Shown: in pieces, positions 11,450 through 20,808 of the stretch
Numbering within the stretch: position 1 is the first letter of the stretch
How the letters are laid out: the number at the start of each line of letters is the position of its first letter
Assembly: GCA_965649225.1 (NCBI GenBank)
Contig: CBFGJX010000015.1
Span: forward strand, 1-64,000
DNA from: a candidate division WOR-3 bacterium
Lineage (GTDB): Bacteria; Hydrothermota; Tepidihabitantia; Tepidihabitantales; Tepidihabitantaceae
Length of the DNA stretch: 64,000 nt
Direction of reading: 5' to 3'
Program-made: the position numbers and the translations under genes
The notes under the pieces: generated by a model
Seen by the model: the letters and a program-made list of their open reading frames with translations, nothing else
Told to the model about the DNA's origin: nothing
The model's database searches: none

Positions 11450-11856
11450 GGTGATTCCTCGGGCAGCGTATCTGCGGCCAGGGCCCGGGCCGCAGCCGAG
11501 GCTTCGCCATAGAGGAGAACGACCTGTCGGTGCAGGTCAACTTCAGAGCGGGTGCGCTTGGACTTGCGCCACTTTTCAATTGTCAGGTCGAGTGAACGGA
11601 TTTCATCCTCAAGCAGGTCGAGATGTGCCCGGACCGAGCGCCGGCGCAGGCGGCCGGTGGACTCAAGTTTGGTGCGGAGCGAATCGGCCCGGGCTCGGAG
11701 CGAGTCGGCGCGGGCAGCATAGGCGGCGATGGCGTCGCGGCCGACTGTGAAGTCGAGGAACTCGACCTGACGACGGCGGTGCTGGACAAAATCGTTGATC
11801 AGCCAGCCGAGCAGGCCACCGATTATCACCAGGGTCGAAAGGAAGATTGCCCTCAT
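11446..11856 (-). CDS. Hypothetical membrane-anchored coiled-coil protein (paralog A)
   Basis: N-terminal TM helix, C-terminal LYGEASAAARALAADTLP. ATGA overlap with leuS. Confidence 0.7.
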   Translation of the reverse strand: MRAIFLSTLVIIGGLLGWLINDFVQHRRRQVEFLDFTVGRDAIAAYAARADSLRARADSLRTKLESTGRLRRRSVRAHLDLLEDEIRSLDLTIEKWRKSKRTRSEVDLHRQVVLLYGEASAAARALAADTLPEESP

Positions 11857-14378
11857 GATTTCCTCTCAGTAACGATATTGACCAGCCGGTCAGGAACAAA
11901 GACGACTCGAGCAACCCGGCGGCCGGCAAGCTGAGCTGCCACTGCCGGCCGGGCGAGAGCCTGTTCTTTGACGGTTGTTTCAGGGGTGCCGCGTGGTACG
12001 GTGAGCCGGTCGCGCAGACGACCATCGACCTGAATCGCCAGCTCGACCGAATCGTAGCAGAGAAACTGGTCATCAACCTCAGGAAAGGGTTGATCGAACA
12101 GTGAGCCGGCATCAGGGCAGGCGCGGTGCCACAGCTCTTCCGTGATGTGGGGTGCGAACGGGGCAAGCAGGAAGATCAACCGGCCAAGCGCAAAACCGAA
12201 AACCGGTGAACTGCGGTCCGGGAAAGTACTCAATGCATTCAGCAGTTCCATCTGGGCGGCAAGTGCGGTATTGAACTGAAACCCTTCGCAGTCGGCAATT
12301 GTGCGTTTGATCGTCTGATTGAGCCGGATGTAGAGGTCCTTTTCCGGCGGGGAGAGTCGGGTGGTGTCGGGTTTGGTGAAGGACACCACACCGGGATTGT
12401 CTTCAAACAGGCGCCAGACCCGACTGAGGAAGCGCGATACGCCGGTGACAAGATCATCGGTCCAGTCCATTGGTTTTTCCGGCGGGGCGGCGAAGAGTAC
12501 GGCCAGTCGGGCAATGTCGGCACCATGGGAACGGACGAATTCGCCGACCCAAATCCCGACCCGTTTGGAAGATGACATCGTGACGCCGTTGAGACTGACC
12601 ATGCCCTGGGTGTGCAGCCGCCGGCAGGGCTCGGGATCACTTACCATTCCAAGGTCTTTCAGTGCCCGGTGAAAGAAACGGAAGAAAATCAGATGGCCGG
12701 TGGCGTGTTCAATCCCGCCAATGTACTCGTCGATCGGCAGCCACTTTGCGGCTTCGGCTGGTGCAAAAGGCAGCTGGTCATTGTGCGGGTCGGTGTAGCG
12801 CAGGTAGTACCAAGACGAGTCGACGAAGGTGTCCATTGTGTCCGGATCGCGGCGGGCCGGGCCACCGCACTTCGGACAGGTCGTATTGATGAACTCCTCG
12901 ACGCCTTCCAGCACCGATTTTCCCTTCGGTTTGTAGTCTTTGACATTCTCCGGCAGCAGCACCGGCAGCTGGTCGAGCGGCACTGGCATTACGCCGCAGT
13001 GCGGGCAGTGCACCATCGGTATCGGCGTTCCCCAGTAGCGTTGCCGGGAAACCAGCCAGTCTTTCAGGCGCCAGTTGACCACCCGGCGGCCGATTCCTTT
13101 CTCAACCAGCCAGTCGCTGACCCGCTGGATTCCCTCGTCGGAGCGCAGGCCGCTGAACGGGCCGGAATCGGTCATCAGTCCGACTTCGGTATAGGCAGCG
13201 GTCATTTCGTCAGCGACAAGCCGGGGACCGGAGGGTGGCTGAATTACCGGCCGGAGGGGAATGCCGTACTTGCGGGCGAATTCAAAGTCACGCTGATCGT
13301 GTGCCGGAACGGCCATGATCATGCCGGTGCCGTAGGAACCAAGCACGAAGTCGGCGATGTAGATCGGCACCCGTTCACCGTTGACCGGATTGATGCAGTA
13401 GCGGCCGGTGAAAATGCCTTCCTTTTCCGCACCAGCCGCGACCCGCTCGATTTCCGGTCGCATGACTACCCGCCGGCAGAATTCGCGCACTTCGTTTTCG
13501 CGGTCGGTGCCTTCGGCGATTCTTTCGGCCAGTGCCGAGTCCGGAGCGAGCGCCATAAAAGTCACGCCCCAGAGCGTGTCCGGCCGGGTGGTGAAAATTG
13601 GCAGCCGTTCGCCGCTGCCTTCAAGCGTGAAGTCAACTTCGATCCCTTCAGAGCGCCCGAGCCAGTTGTACTGCATCACCCGCACCGGTTCGGGCCAGCC
13701 CGAGAGCTCGGCGATGCCGTCGTGAAGCTGTTGAGCGTAGTGGGTGATGCGCAGAAACCACTGGGTCAGCCGACGGCGGGTGACCGCGGTACGACAGCGG
13801 TAGCAGAGCCCATCGTTGACCTGTTCGTTGGCCAGTACCGTCTGGCACGACGGACACCAGTTTACCGACGCTTCTTTGCGGTAGGCCAGCCCGCGCTCGT
13901 AGAACTTGATGAACAGCCACTGGTTCCAGCGGTAGTACTCGGGCAGACAGGTAGTGACTTCGCGGTCCCAGTCGTAACCGATACCCAGCAGCTTCAGGCT
14001 GCGCCGCGCGGTGTTGATCGACTCGAATGTCCAGTAGCTCGGGTGATTGCCGTGGGCGATGGCGGCGTTCTCGGCTGGCAGGCCGAACGCATCCCAGCCG
14101 AATGGATGCAGCACGTCGTAGCCCTGCATCCGGCGGAACCGGCACAGCACGTCGCCAATGACGTAGTTGCGGCAGTGTCCCATGTGCACGTCGCCCGACG
14201 GGTAGAAAAACATCACCAGCACGTAGAACTTGCGCTGCGGGTCGGCTTTGGTGCGGAATGTACCGTGTTCGTCCCACCATGCCTGCCAGCGGGCCTCAAT
14301 TTCCTGCGCCGGCCAAGCCGGTGCGGCCGGGCCGCGGTGCAGGTCGGATCTCGGGGTTTGCTGATTCTCAGTGCTCAC
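11853..14378 (-). CDS. leuS: Leucine--tRNA ligase
   Basis: YPSGDVHMGH (HIGH), GWDAFGLPAENAA, FTTRPDTLWG, SRQRYWGTPIP and DTMDTFVDSSWY motifs. GTG start overlaps holA stop (GTGA). Confidence 0.96.
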   Translation of the reverse strand: MSTENQQTPRSDLHRGPAAPAWPAQEIEARWQAWWDEHGTFRTKADPQRKFYVLVMFFYPSGDVHMGHCRNYVIGDVLCRFRRMQGYDVLHPFGWDAFGLPAENAAIAHGNHPSYWTFESINTARRSLKLLGIGYDWDREVTTCLPEYYRWNQWLFIKFYERGLAYRKEASVNWCPSCQTVLANEQVNDGLCYRCRTAVTRRRLTQWFLRITHYAQQLHDGIAELSGWPEPVRVMQYNWLGRSEGIEVDFTLEGSGERLPIFTTRPDTLWGVTFMALAPDSALAERIAEGTDRENEVREFCRRVVMRPEIERVAAGAEKEGIFTGRYCINPVNGERVPIYIADFVLGSYGTGMIMAVPAHDQRDFEFARKYGIPLRPVIQPPSGPRLVADEMTAAYTEVGLMTDSGPFSGLRSDEGIQRVSDWLVEKGIGRRVVNWRLKDWLVSRQRYWGTPIPMVHCPHCGVMPVPLDQLPVLLPENVKDYKPKGKSVLEGVEEFINTTCPKCGGPARRDPDTMDTFVDSSWYYLRYTDPHNDQLPFAPAEAAKWLPIDEYIGGIEHATGHLIFFRFFHRALKDLGMVSDPEPCRRLHTQGMVSLNGVTMSSSKRVGIWVGEFVRSHGADIARLAVLFAAPPEKPMDWTDDLVTGVSRFLSRVWRLFEDNPGVVSFTKPDTTRLSPPEKDLYIRLNQTIKRTIADCEGFQFNTALAAQMELLNALSTFPDRSSPVFGFALGRLIFLLAPFAPHITEELWHRACPDAGSLFDQPFPEVDDQFLCYDSVELAIQVDGRLRDRLTVPRGTPETTVKEQALARPAVAAQLAGRRVARVVFVPDRLVNIVTERKS

Positions 14379-15469
14379 GAAGTGCTCCTCGTTGACAATT
14401 TGTGTTTGGCGGCGGCTCGGCGCTGCATCCGCCGGAGACAGAAATCGGGCCGCGCCGGCTGTGAAAACAGGCTGCACTCTTCGGGCTGGCGGCAGGCAGT
14501 GCAGACTGTAAACTGGGCCAGCAGCGTCCAGACATCACGACGAGTACTCACGGCCAAACGGTGAATGTCGTAAAGCCGCAGGAGTGAGCGCCGGACGGTG
14601 GCTGGATCGGTGCGCCACCGGTCGGCGAACTGGCGGGTCCGCCACGCTGCCCGTTCCGGAATCAGGCCGGCGAGCAACCGCTCCAGTTCAAAAAAACTGC
14701 CTTCCAGCCACGAAAGTACCGCAATCGGCGATTCACCGGTGCGAGCGAGGTTTTCCAATTCAATCAGCGCACCAGCGGTATCGCCGGTCATCAGCCGGGT
14801 GATGAAATTGCGAATCTGAAACTGGCGGGAGCGGCCGGCGAGACGCTGGATTTCGGCGGTGGTCAACTCGGCATCCGGCCCCAAAGCAAGAGCAAACTTC
14901 TCCAGTTCGCTGCGCAAGGTGGCGGTATCATCGCCCGCAATCTCCAACAGCAGCTGGGCGGCCTCAGGGCGCAGCCGGAGTCGTTGTGCTGCGGCCCAGC
15001 GCTCGAGCAGGGCGGGCAGGGCTTCGCTGCCAGGCTGGGACAGCTCCACGACCCATTGCGTCAAGCCGGCATCGTTTATCGCCTTGCGCTGGGACTTCTC
15101 GGGATTGAGCGTGACGACAAAGGTATTGCCGTCGCGCAAACCGGCCAGACCAGTGCAGAGCAGGCGAAAATCGGCATCACGCAGTCGTTCAGCATCACGC
15201 AGCACGGTCAGTCGCCGCTGAGAGACGATCGGCGCTTGGGGGGCATGTTCAAGTAGCTGGGCAACCGACGCTTCGTCGCCATGGGCGGACTCAAGATCGA
15301 AGGCCTCAAAACCCGGAGTAATCAGTGCCGAGCGCAGGGCGGCAATGATTTCGTCGGCAAGCGGACGGTCGGGTCCAGCCAGGATGTAAAGCCGCTCAAA
15401 CCTGCCGTCGGCGATTGCTTTCAAAACCGCCGTCGGGGTGTTGGTTGAGCGGACTGGAGTTCGTCCCAT
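14375..15469 (-). CDS. holA: DNA polymerase III subunit delta
   Basis: LYILAG, PIVSQRRLTVLRDAE, AAQLLLEIAGDD...LRSELEK. Adjacent to leuS as is common. Confidence 0.8.
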   Translation of the reverse strand: MGRTPVRSTNTPTAVLKAIADGRFERLYILAGPDRPLADEIIAALRSALITPGFEAFDLESAHGDEASVAQLLEHAPQAPIVSQRRLTVLRDAERLRDADFRLLCTGLAGLRDGNTFVVTLNPEKSQRKAINDAGLTQWVVELSQPGSEALPALLERWAAAQRLRLRPEAAQLLLEIAGDDTATLRSELEKFALALGPDAELTTAEIQRLAGRSRQFQIRNFITRLMTGDTAGALIELENLARTGESPIAVLSWLEGSFFELERLLAGLIPERAAWRTRQFADRWRTDPATVRRSLLRLYDIHRLAVSTRRDVWTLLAQFTVCTACRQPEECSLFSQPARPDFCLRRMQRRAAAKHKLSTRSTS

Positions 15470-15475
15470 CGGCCA

Positions 15476-15565
15476 ATCTTATTCTCGCACGGACGGGTGT
15501 CAATTCTGCTGCCGGCCAGGACTTGACATGGCGCGATTGCCCCGGTACGGCAAGGCCGCTACAAT
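15476..15565. promoter_or_regulatory. Divergent sigma70-type promoters for holA (-) and the ABC cluster (+)
   Basis: Minus strand: TTGACA(15503-15498)-N16-TAAGAT-N6-ATG. Plus strand: TTGCCC(15537)-N17-TACAAT-N6-ATG(15572). Confidence 0.55.
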
Positions 15566-15571
15566 GCAGGT

Positions 15572-16681
15572 ATGATGCGGCCCAGCCTTGTTGCCGGCGT
15601 GCTCGTCGGGGCGGTAACGCTCTGCCCGGGGCTTGAGGCCCGCTTCTCCGGCCAGGCATCAGCCCGCCTCACCGCGCGCCGCGACTCTGTCCTCGCAGCC
15701 GACGCGGAACTGCGCTACATCCCCGCACTGACCTTTGCTCAGCCCATCGGCCCGGCGCTTTCGCTCGACTTCGAAGCTTCGCTCGACGCCCGGCTCAACG
15801 CCGAAGCGCGCCGGGACAAGCCCGAACTTTCGGCCGACCTTGCGCCCTACCGCGCCTGGATTCGGCTTGGCGCGCAGCGGTTCGAAACCCGGGTCGGGCT
15901 TCAGAAACTCGCCTTTGGTTCGGCCCTGCTGTTGCGTCCGTTGCAGTGGTTTGACCGCCTCGACCCGCGCGACCCGACTGGCGCAACCGGCGGGGTCTGG
16001 GCTGCACTCGGCCGTTACTGGTTTGCCGATAACGCGAATCTCTGGGCGTGGGGCCTGCTGGGCAACACCGGGTTGCGGCCGTGGCAGGCGCTTGAAGGCG
16101 CGCGCTGGATTCCCGAAGCGGGCGGAAGGCTGCAGTTGCCGGTCCCGCGCGGCGAAGCCGCGCTCAGCTTCCACCACCGCACCGCGCTTGACTCACTCGG
16201 TGGCCGCGTTCCCGAAGACCGGCTCGGCATCGACGCAAAACTCGACCTTGGTATCGGCCTCTGGGCCGAGGCAGTGTTGCTGCACGAGTGGACTGACCTG
16301 CTGCCACAACCCTGGCAGCGGGCAGCGGTACTGGGGGCGGACTACACGCTGGCCATCGGTAGTGGTCTGACGCTGACTGCTGAACACCTGTCGGTGGCGC
16401 GCACTGCCGGGCTGCTGGCCGATTCCGGGGCGACAGCCATTGACGTCAGTGGTATGATGTTCGGATATAACGTCGGGCTGCTGGACCGGCTGAGCGGGAT
16501 ACTGCTGTACGACTGGTCAAGCCGCAAGGTGCAGCTTTTTGCTGCCTGGCAGCACAGTCTAGACCGCTGGGCATTTCAGATTGCCGGGTTCTGGGGCCCG
16601 AACGAGGCAAGGCTGCCCGGTACGACCGGCAGCCAGTCTCCGGGCAGAGGATTGCGACTGAGCGCAGTGTTCAATCACTGA
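15572..16681 (+). CDS. Hypothetical outer-membrane beta-barrel protein heading the ABC cluster
   Basis: Signal peptide, RVGLQKLAFG...LRPLQWFDRLDPRDP pattern, C-terminal beta-strand. Confidence 0.65.
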   Translation: MMRPSLVAGVLVGAVTLCPGLEARFSGQASARLTARRDSVLAADAELRYIPALTFAQPIGPALSLDFEASLDARLNAEARRDKPELSADLAPYRAWIRLGAQRFETRVGLQKLAFGSALLLRPLQWFDRLDPRDPTGATGGVWAALGRYWFADNANLWAWGLLGNTGLRPWQALEGARWIPEAGGRLQLPVPRGEAALSFHHRTALDSLGGRVPEDRLGIDAKLDLGIGLWAEAVLLHEWTDLLPQPWQRAAVLGADYTLAIGSGLTLTAEHLSVARTAGLLADSGATAIDVSGMMFGYNVGLLDRLSGILLYDWSSRKVQLFAAWQHSLDRWAFQIAGFWGPNEARLPGTTGSQSPGRGLRLSAVFNH

Positions 16682-16693
16682 AGGTGGAAAAGC

Positions 16694-17413
16694 ATGAACC
16701 ATAACGACAGCGTTGTCATCAGGACCGAAAATCTGGTCAAGACCTATCCGATGGGCCGCAGCACGCTGACGGCGCTGAAGAACGTCAGCCTGGAGTTTCG
16801 GCGCGGTGAGTTCGCCGGGCTGGTCGGACCTTCCGGTTCGGGCAAGACGACGCTGCTGAACATCATCGGCACGCTCGACACGCCGACCTCAGGGAGTGTC
16901 ACCGTTTTGGGCGAACGGGTGGAAACACTTTCGCCCCGTCAGGCGGCGGCCCTGCGCAGCCGCCGGATCGGGTTCATCTTTCAGACCTTCAACCTGCTGC
17001 CGGTGTACACGGCCTATGAGAACGTCGAATTTCCACTGCTGCTGCTGGGTCTGGGGCCAGCCGAGCGGCGCCGGCGGGTTGTCGACGCACTGGCCTGGGT
17101 CGGCCTGGCCGACCGGGCTGACTCACGGCCGGCCCAGCTTTCCGGCGGCGAAAGCCAGCGGGTGGCGATTGCCCGGGCGATGGTCAAACGGCCGGAAATC
17201 GTGCTTGCCGACGAGCCGACCGCCAATCTCGATGCCGAGAACTCGCACAAAATATTGCAGACACTGGTCAACCTGAACCGTGATCTGGGCACAACGTTTC
17301 TTTTCTCGACCCACGACGAGAAGGTCATCGGTTACCTGCGACGGCGGATAACCTTGTTCGACGGCGCGGTGGCCGAGGACCGGGAGCAGACTCCGGTCGG
17401 GAGTGGACGATGA
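16694..17413 (+). CDS. ABC transporter ATP-binding protein (LolD/MacB-like)
   Basis: Walker A GPSGSGKT, signature LSGGESQR, LADEPTANLD. Confidence 0.93.
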   Translation: MNHNDSVVIRTENLVKTYPMGRSTLTALKNVSLEFRRGEFAGLVGPSGSGKTTLLNIIGTLDTPTSGSVTVLGERVETLSPRQAAALRSRRIGFIFQTFNLLPVYTAYENVEFPLLLLGLGPAERRRRVVDALAWVGLADRADSRPAQLSGGESQRVAIARAMVKRPEIVLADEPTANLDAENSHKILQTLVNLNRDLGTTFLFSTHDEKVIGYLRRRITLFDGAVAEDREQTPVGSGR

Positions 17414-18579
17414 CGATTCTGCGGCTGGCCGTACGCAACCTGCGCGGGGCGGGGGTAAGGACCTGGCTCAATGCGCTGGCACTCTCGTTTGCCTTTGTCG
17501 CGATCATTTTTGGTCAGGGTATGCTGCAGGGCGCCAATCGGCAGGCTGAAGACGCCTCGACGGCGTGGGAATTCGGCGGTGGTCAGTACTGGCAACAACA
17601 CTACGACCCTTATGATCCGCTGACACTGGATTCTGCCCACGCGCCGCTGCCGCCGGAGCTGCAGGCACTGGTTCAGACCCGGCGCGCCGCCGCGATACTG
17701 GTGATTCAGGGCAGCATCTATCCGGCGGGACGGCTCAAGCCGGTGCTGATCAAGGGTATCAATCCTGACCAGCAGGTGGTTGAACTGCCGACCGCGGTGC
17801 TGGCCGGCACGGATGAGGAACTGCCGATGCTGATTGGTGCTCGGCTGGCGCACTCAGCACGGCTGGCAGCCGGCGATATCGTCACGGTGCAGTGGCGTGA
17901 TGCCCGCGGTGCCTTCGACGCCCGTGACGCGCGGGTTGCGGCAGTATTCAACACCAGTGTCAGCACGGTTGACAACGGTCAGGTCTGGCTGCCGCTTGAT
18001 CGGCTGCAGCAGTTGACCGGCATGAGTGGTGAGGCGACGCTGGTGACCGTTGACCGGAAACTGCGCCGTCCACCGCCGGTGCCGGGCTGGATTTTCCGCA
18101 GCCGGGAGTTTCTGCTCGCCGACCTGCGGGCAATGGTGCGGTCCAAGAGCGTCGGGCAGACAGTCATGTTTGTCGTGCTGTTTCTGCTGGCGATGCTGGC
18201 GATATTCGATACGCAGGTGCTGAGCATTTTCCGCCGGCGCCGGGAAATCGGCATGCTGGTTGCGCTCGGCATGACCAAACCGCAGGTGATTGCACTGTTT
18301 ACACTTGAAGGGGCACTGCACAGCATTCTTGCTTCACTGTTGGGGCTGTGTTACGGGGCGCCGCTGTTCTGGTATCTCGGCCGATACGGCTTTGCGATCC
18401 CGGGCGGTGACTCGTGGGGATTCTCGCTGGGCGAAAAGCTCTACCCAACGTTCACCCTCGGCTTGATACTGGGCACGACACTGCTGGTTTTTGCAGTGAC
18501 GACATTCGTCGCCTGGCTGCCGACGCGCCGGATTGCCCGGCTCAAGCCCACCGATGCCCTGGCCGGGAGGATGACATGA
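17410..18579 (+). CDS. ABC transporter permease (FtsX/LolC-E family)
   Basis: N-terminal TM, large periplasmic loop, RRRREIGMLVALG, three C-terminal TMs. Confidence 0.88.
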   Translation: MTILRLAVRNLRGAGVRTWLNALALSFAFVAIIFGQGMLQGANRQAEDASTAWEFGGGQYWQQHYDPYDPLTLDSAHAPLPPELQALVQTRRAAAILVIQGSIYPAGRLKPVLIKGINPDQQVVELPTAVLAGTDEELPMLIGARLAHSARLAAGDIVTVQWRDARGAFDARDARVAAVFNTSVSTVDNGQVWLPLDRLQQLTGMSGEATLVTVDRKLRRPPPVPGWIFRSREFLLADLRAMVRSKSVGQTVMFVVLFLLAMLAIFDTQVLSIFRRRREIGMLVALGMTKPQVIALFTLEGALHSILASLLGLCYGAPLFWYLGRYGFAIPGGDSWGFSLGEKLYPTFTLGLILGTTLLVFAVTTFVAWLPTRRIARLKPTDALAGRMT

Positions 18580-18640
18580 GCGCGCAGGCGACTGGCGGAC
18601 GACCGCAAAGAACAGCTTGGGGCGGTTGCGGAGGAGAAGC

Positions 18641-19906
18641 GTGTTAGGCTTTCTGGCCAAGGGCCTGCTGCGCGACCGCAGTCGCAGTCTGTTTCCCTTT
18701 CTAACCGTCGCCGTTGGCGTTACGTTGTCGGTCGTGATGGATGCCTACATGCGCGGGGCAAAAGACAGCATCCTGCAGACCACAGCCGGGTTTGTCAGTG
18801 GTCACCTGCGCTTGACCACCAGGGCCGCGGCGGCAGAAGGTATCGGCGCCGCCAACGAGCTGGCGCTGCTCGAAGTCACGGCGCTGATGTCTGAACTCCG
18901 CCGAGAGTGGCCGGAAGTCACCTGGACGCCGCGAATCCGGTTCGGTGGCCTGATTGACGTCCCGGACGCCAGCGGCAACACCCGGGTGCAGGCACCGGCA
19001 GCCGGCATCGCGGTTGACCTCGGGTCGGAAAGCCCGGAGTGGACAATTCTCAAGCTGAAACGTTCGCTGGCACGGGGTGCACTGCCGGCGGCACCGGGTG
19101 AAGTGCTGCTTGCCGACGACTTCGCCCGGCGGCTCGGAGTCGAGCCCGGTGACCGGCTGACGCTGGTTTCGTCAACGATGAACGGTTCGCTGGCAGTCGT
19201 CAATCTGACACTATCCGGCACGGTGCGGTTTGGGGTCAGCGCGCTTGACCGGGGCGCGCTGCTGGCCGACATCGGCACTATCCAGCGGGGACTGGACATG
19301 GACGACGCCGCCGACGAGATTCTGGGCTTTTTCAGTACCGGCTACGACGACCGTGCTGCAACGGCACTGGCGGCACGGTTCAACGCCGCTCACGCCGGCG
19401 GCGACGAGTTTGCGCCGGAGATGAACACACTGCGCACTGCCAGCGGACTCGGCTCGACCATCGACCTGCTGGGTGTTGCCTCGGCACTGGTTGTGGGGGT
19501 ATTTGTGCTGGCGATGGCGGTAGTGCTGTGGAATGCCGGACTGATGGGCAGCCTGCGCCGGTACGGCGAAATCGGTATCCGGCTGGCCCTGGGCGAATCC
19601 AAGCCGGCGGTTTACGGCACCCTGCTCGCCGAGGCATTCCTGATCGGGCTGGCCGGTTCGGCGACCGGAACGGCAGTCGGCCTTGCGTTCAGCTACTGGC
19701 TGCAGGAAGTCGGCATCAACATCGGCGGAATGATGCGCAATGCCTCGATTGTGATGGACGATGTTCTGCGGGCGCGGATTGCGCCGACAAGTTATATCAT
19801 CGGTTTCCTGCCCGGGCTGCTGGCGACTTTTTTCGGTGCGGCAATTTCCGGGCTGGGAGTTTACCGACGCCAGACCGCGACACTGGCAAAGGAGCTTTCG
19901 GGATGA
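18641..19906 (+). CDS. ABC transporter permease (FtsX/LolC-E family)
   Basis: GGAGGAG then GTG. RRYGEIGIRLALG and the same topology as the preceding permease. Confidence 0.88.
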   Translation: MLGFLAKGLLRDRSRSLFPFLTVAVGVTLSVVMDAYMRGAKDSILQTTAGFVSGHLRLTTRAAAAEGIGAANELALLEVTALMSELRREWPEVTWTPRIRFGGLIDVPDASGNTRVQAPAAGIAVDLGSESPEWTILKLKRSLARGALPAAPGEVLLADDFARRLGVEPGDRLTLVSSTMNGSLAVVNLTLSGTVRFGVSALDRGALLADIGTIQRGLDMDDAADEILGFFSTGYDDRAATALAARFNAAHAGGDEFAPEMNTLRTASGLGSTIDLLGVASALVVGVFVLAMAVVLWNAGLMGSLRRYGEIGIRLALGESKPAVYGTLLAEAFLIGLAGSATGTAVGLAFSYWLQEVGINIGGMMRNASIVMDDVLRARIAPTSYIIGFLPGLLATFFGAAISGLGVYRRQTATLAKELSG

Positions 19907-20634
19907 AAATACCGGCAGCAGTTATCATCAGTCTCCTGATCGCTGCAACGGACCTGCCCGACGGTCAGGCCCTGCTGGAGCGGATTGACGCCAATATCGG
20001 TTCGGAAAACAAAGTCATCGTCAGCGAAATGATTATCCGCGGCCGGCGTGCGGTGCGGTCGGTGCGAACAATCTCATGGATCAGCGGCACCGACCGGGCT
20101 TTCACCGAATACCTTGCACCCGAGCGTGACCGCGGCACCAAGATGCTCAAACTGGGCCGGCAGCTCTGGACCTACTCGCCGGAAAGCGACCGGACAATAC
20201 TCATCTCCGGCCACATGCTGCGCCAGTCCGTCGCCGGGTCTGACCTGTCATACGAAGATATCATGGAAGACCCGAAACTGGCCAATACCTATACCGCAAG
20301 AACAATCGGCGCCGACACCGCCGCTGGCAGACCGGCCTGGAAACTGGAGCTGGTGGCAAAATCACCGGAGGTTGCCTACCAGCGACGGGTTCTCTGGGTT
20401 GACAAAGAGCGGGCAATCATCCTCCGGGAAGAACGCTATTCCCAAAGCGGCCGGCTGCTCAAAACCATGGCCGCGCTATCGGTTCGGCAGTTCGGCGAAC
20501 GCTGGCTGGCAGACCGGGCGGTTTTCCGCGATGCGCTCAAATCCGGCGGCGGGACCGAATTCCGCATTGATTCGATCCGGTTCAACGTCCCGATACCGGA
20601 AGCGGTCTTTTCCAAAGCCTCGCTGCGGAAATAG
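19903..20634 (+). CDS. Outer-membrane lipoprotein-sorting protein (LolA-like)
   Basis: ATGA overlap, signal peptide, PERDRGTKML, GSDLSYED, and YQRRVLWVDKE motifs. Confidence 0.82.
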   Translation: MKIPAAVIISLLIAATDLPDGQALLERIDANIGSENKVIVSEMIIRGRRAVRSVRTISWISGTDRAFTEYLAPERDRGTKMLKLGRQLWTYSPESDRTILISGHMLRQSVAGSDLSYEDIMEDPKLANTYTARTIGADTAAGRPAWKLELVAKSPEVAYQRRVLWVDKERAIILREERYSQSGRLLKTMAALSVRQFGERWLADRAVFRDALKSGGGTEFRIDSIRFNVPIPEAVFSKASLRK

Positions 20635-20808
20635 TCTGCAGCGGCTTTTTGGGGTCATGGTGCTCGACTTCGACCGGACGCGGGAAGTGGTCGGACGACC
20701 GACGGCCAGGACAGTAGGGTCAGCTCGGCAACCGAGCACAAGCCTTGACTTTACGGGGGTGATCAGTATTAGTGAACGAACAGCCGAGCATCCAAGGTAC
20801 CCTGTCAA

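Noticed and set aside
12612..14564. 650-aa plus-strand ORF
   Set aside because: Antisense shadow of leuS, typical of high-GC codon bias; no recognisable motifs.
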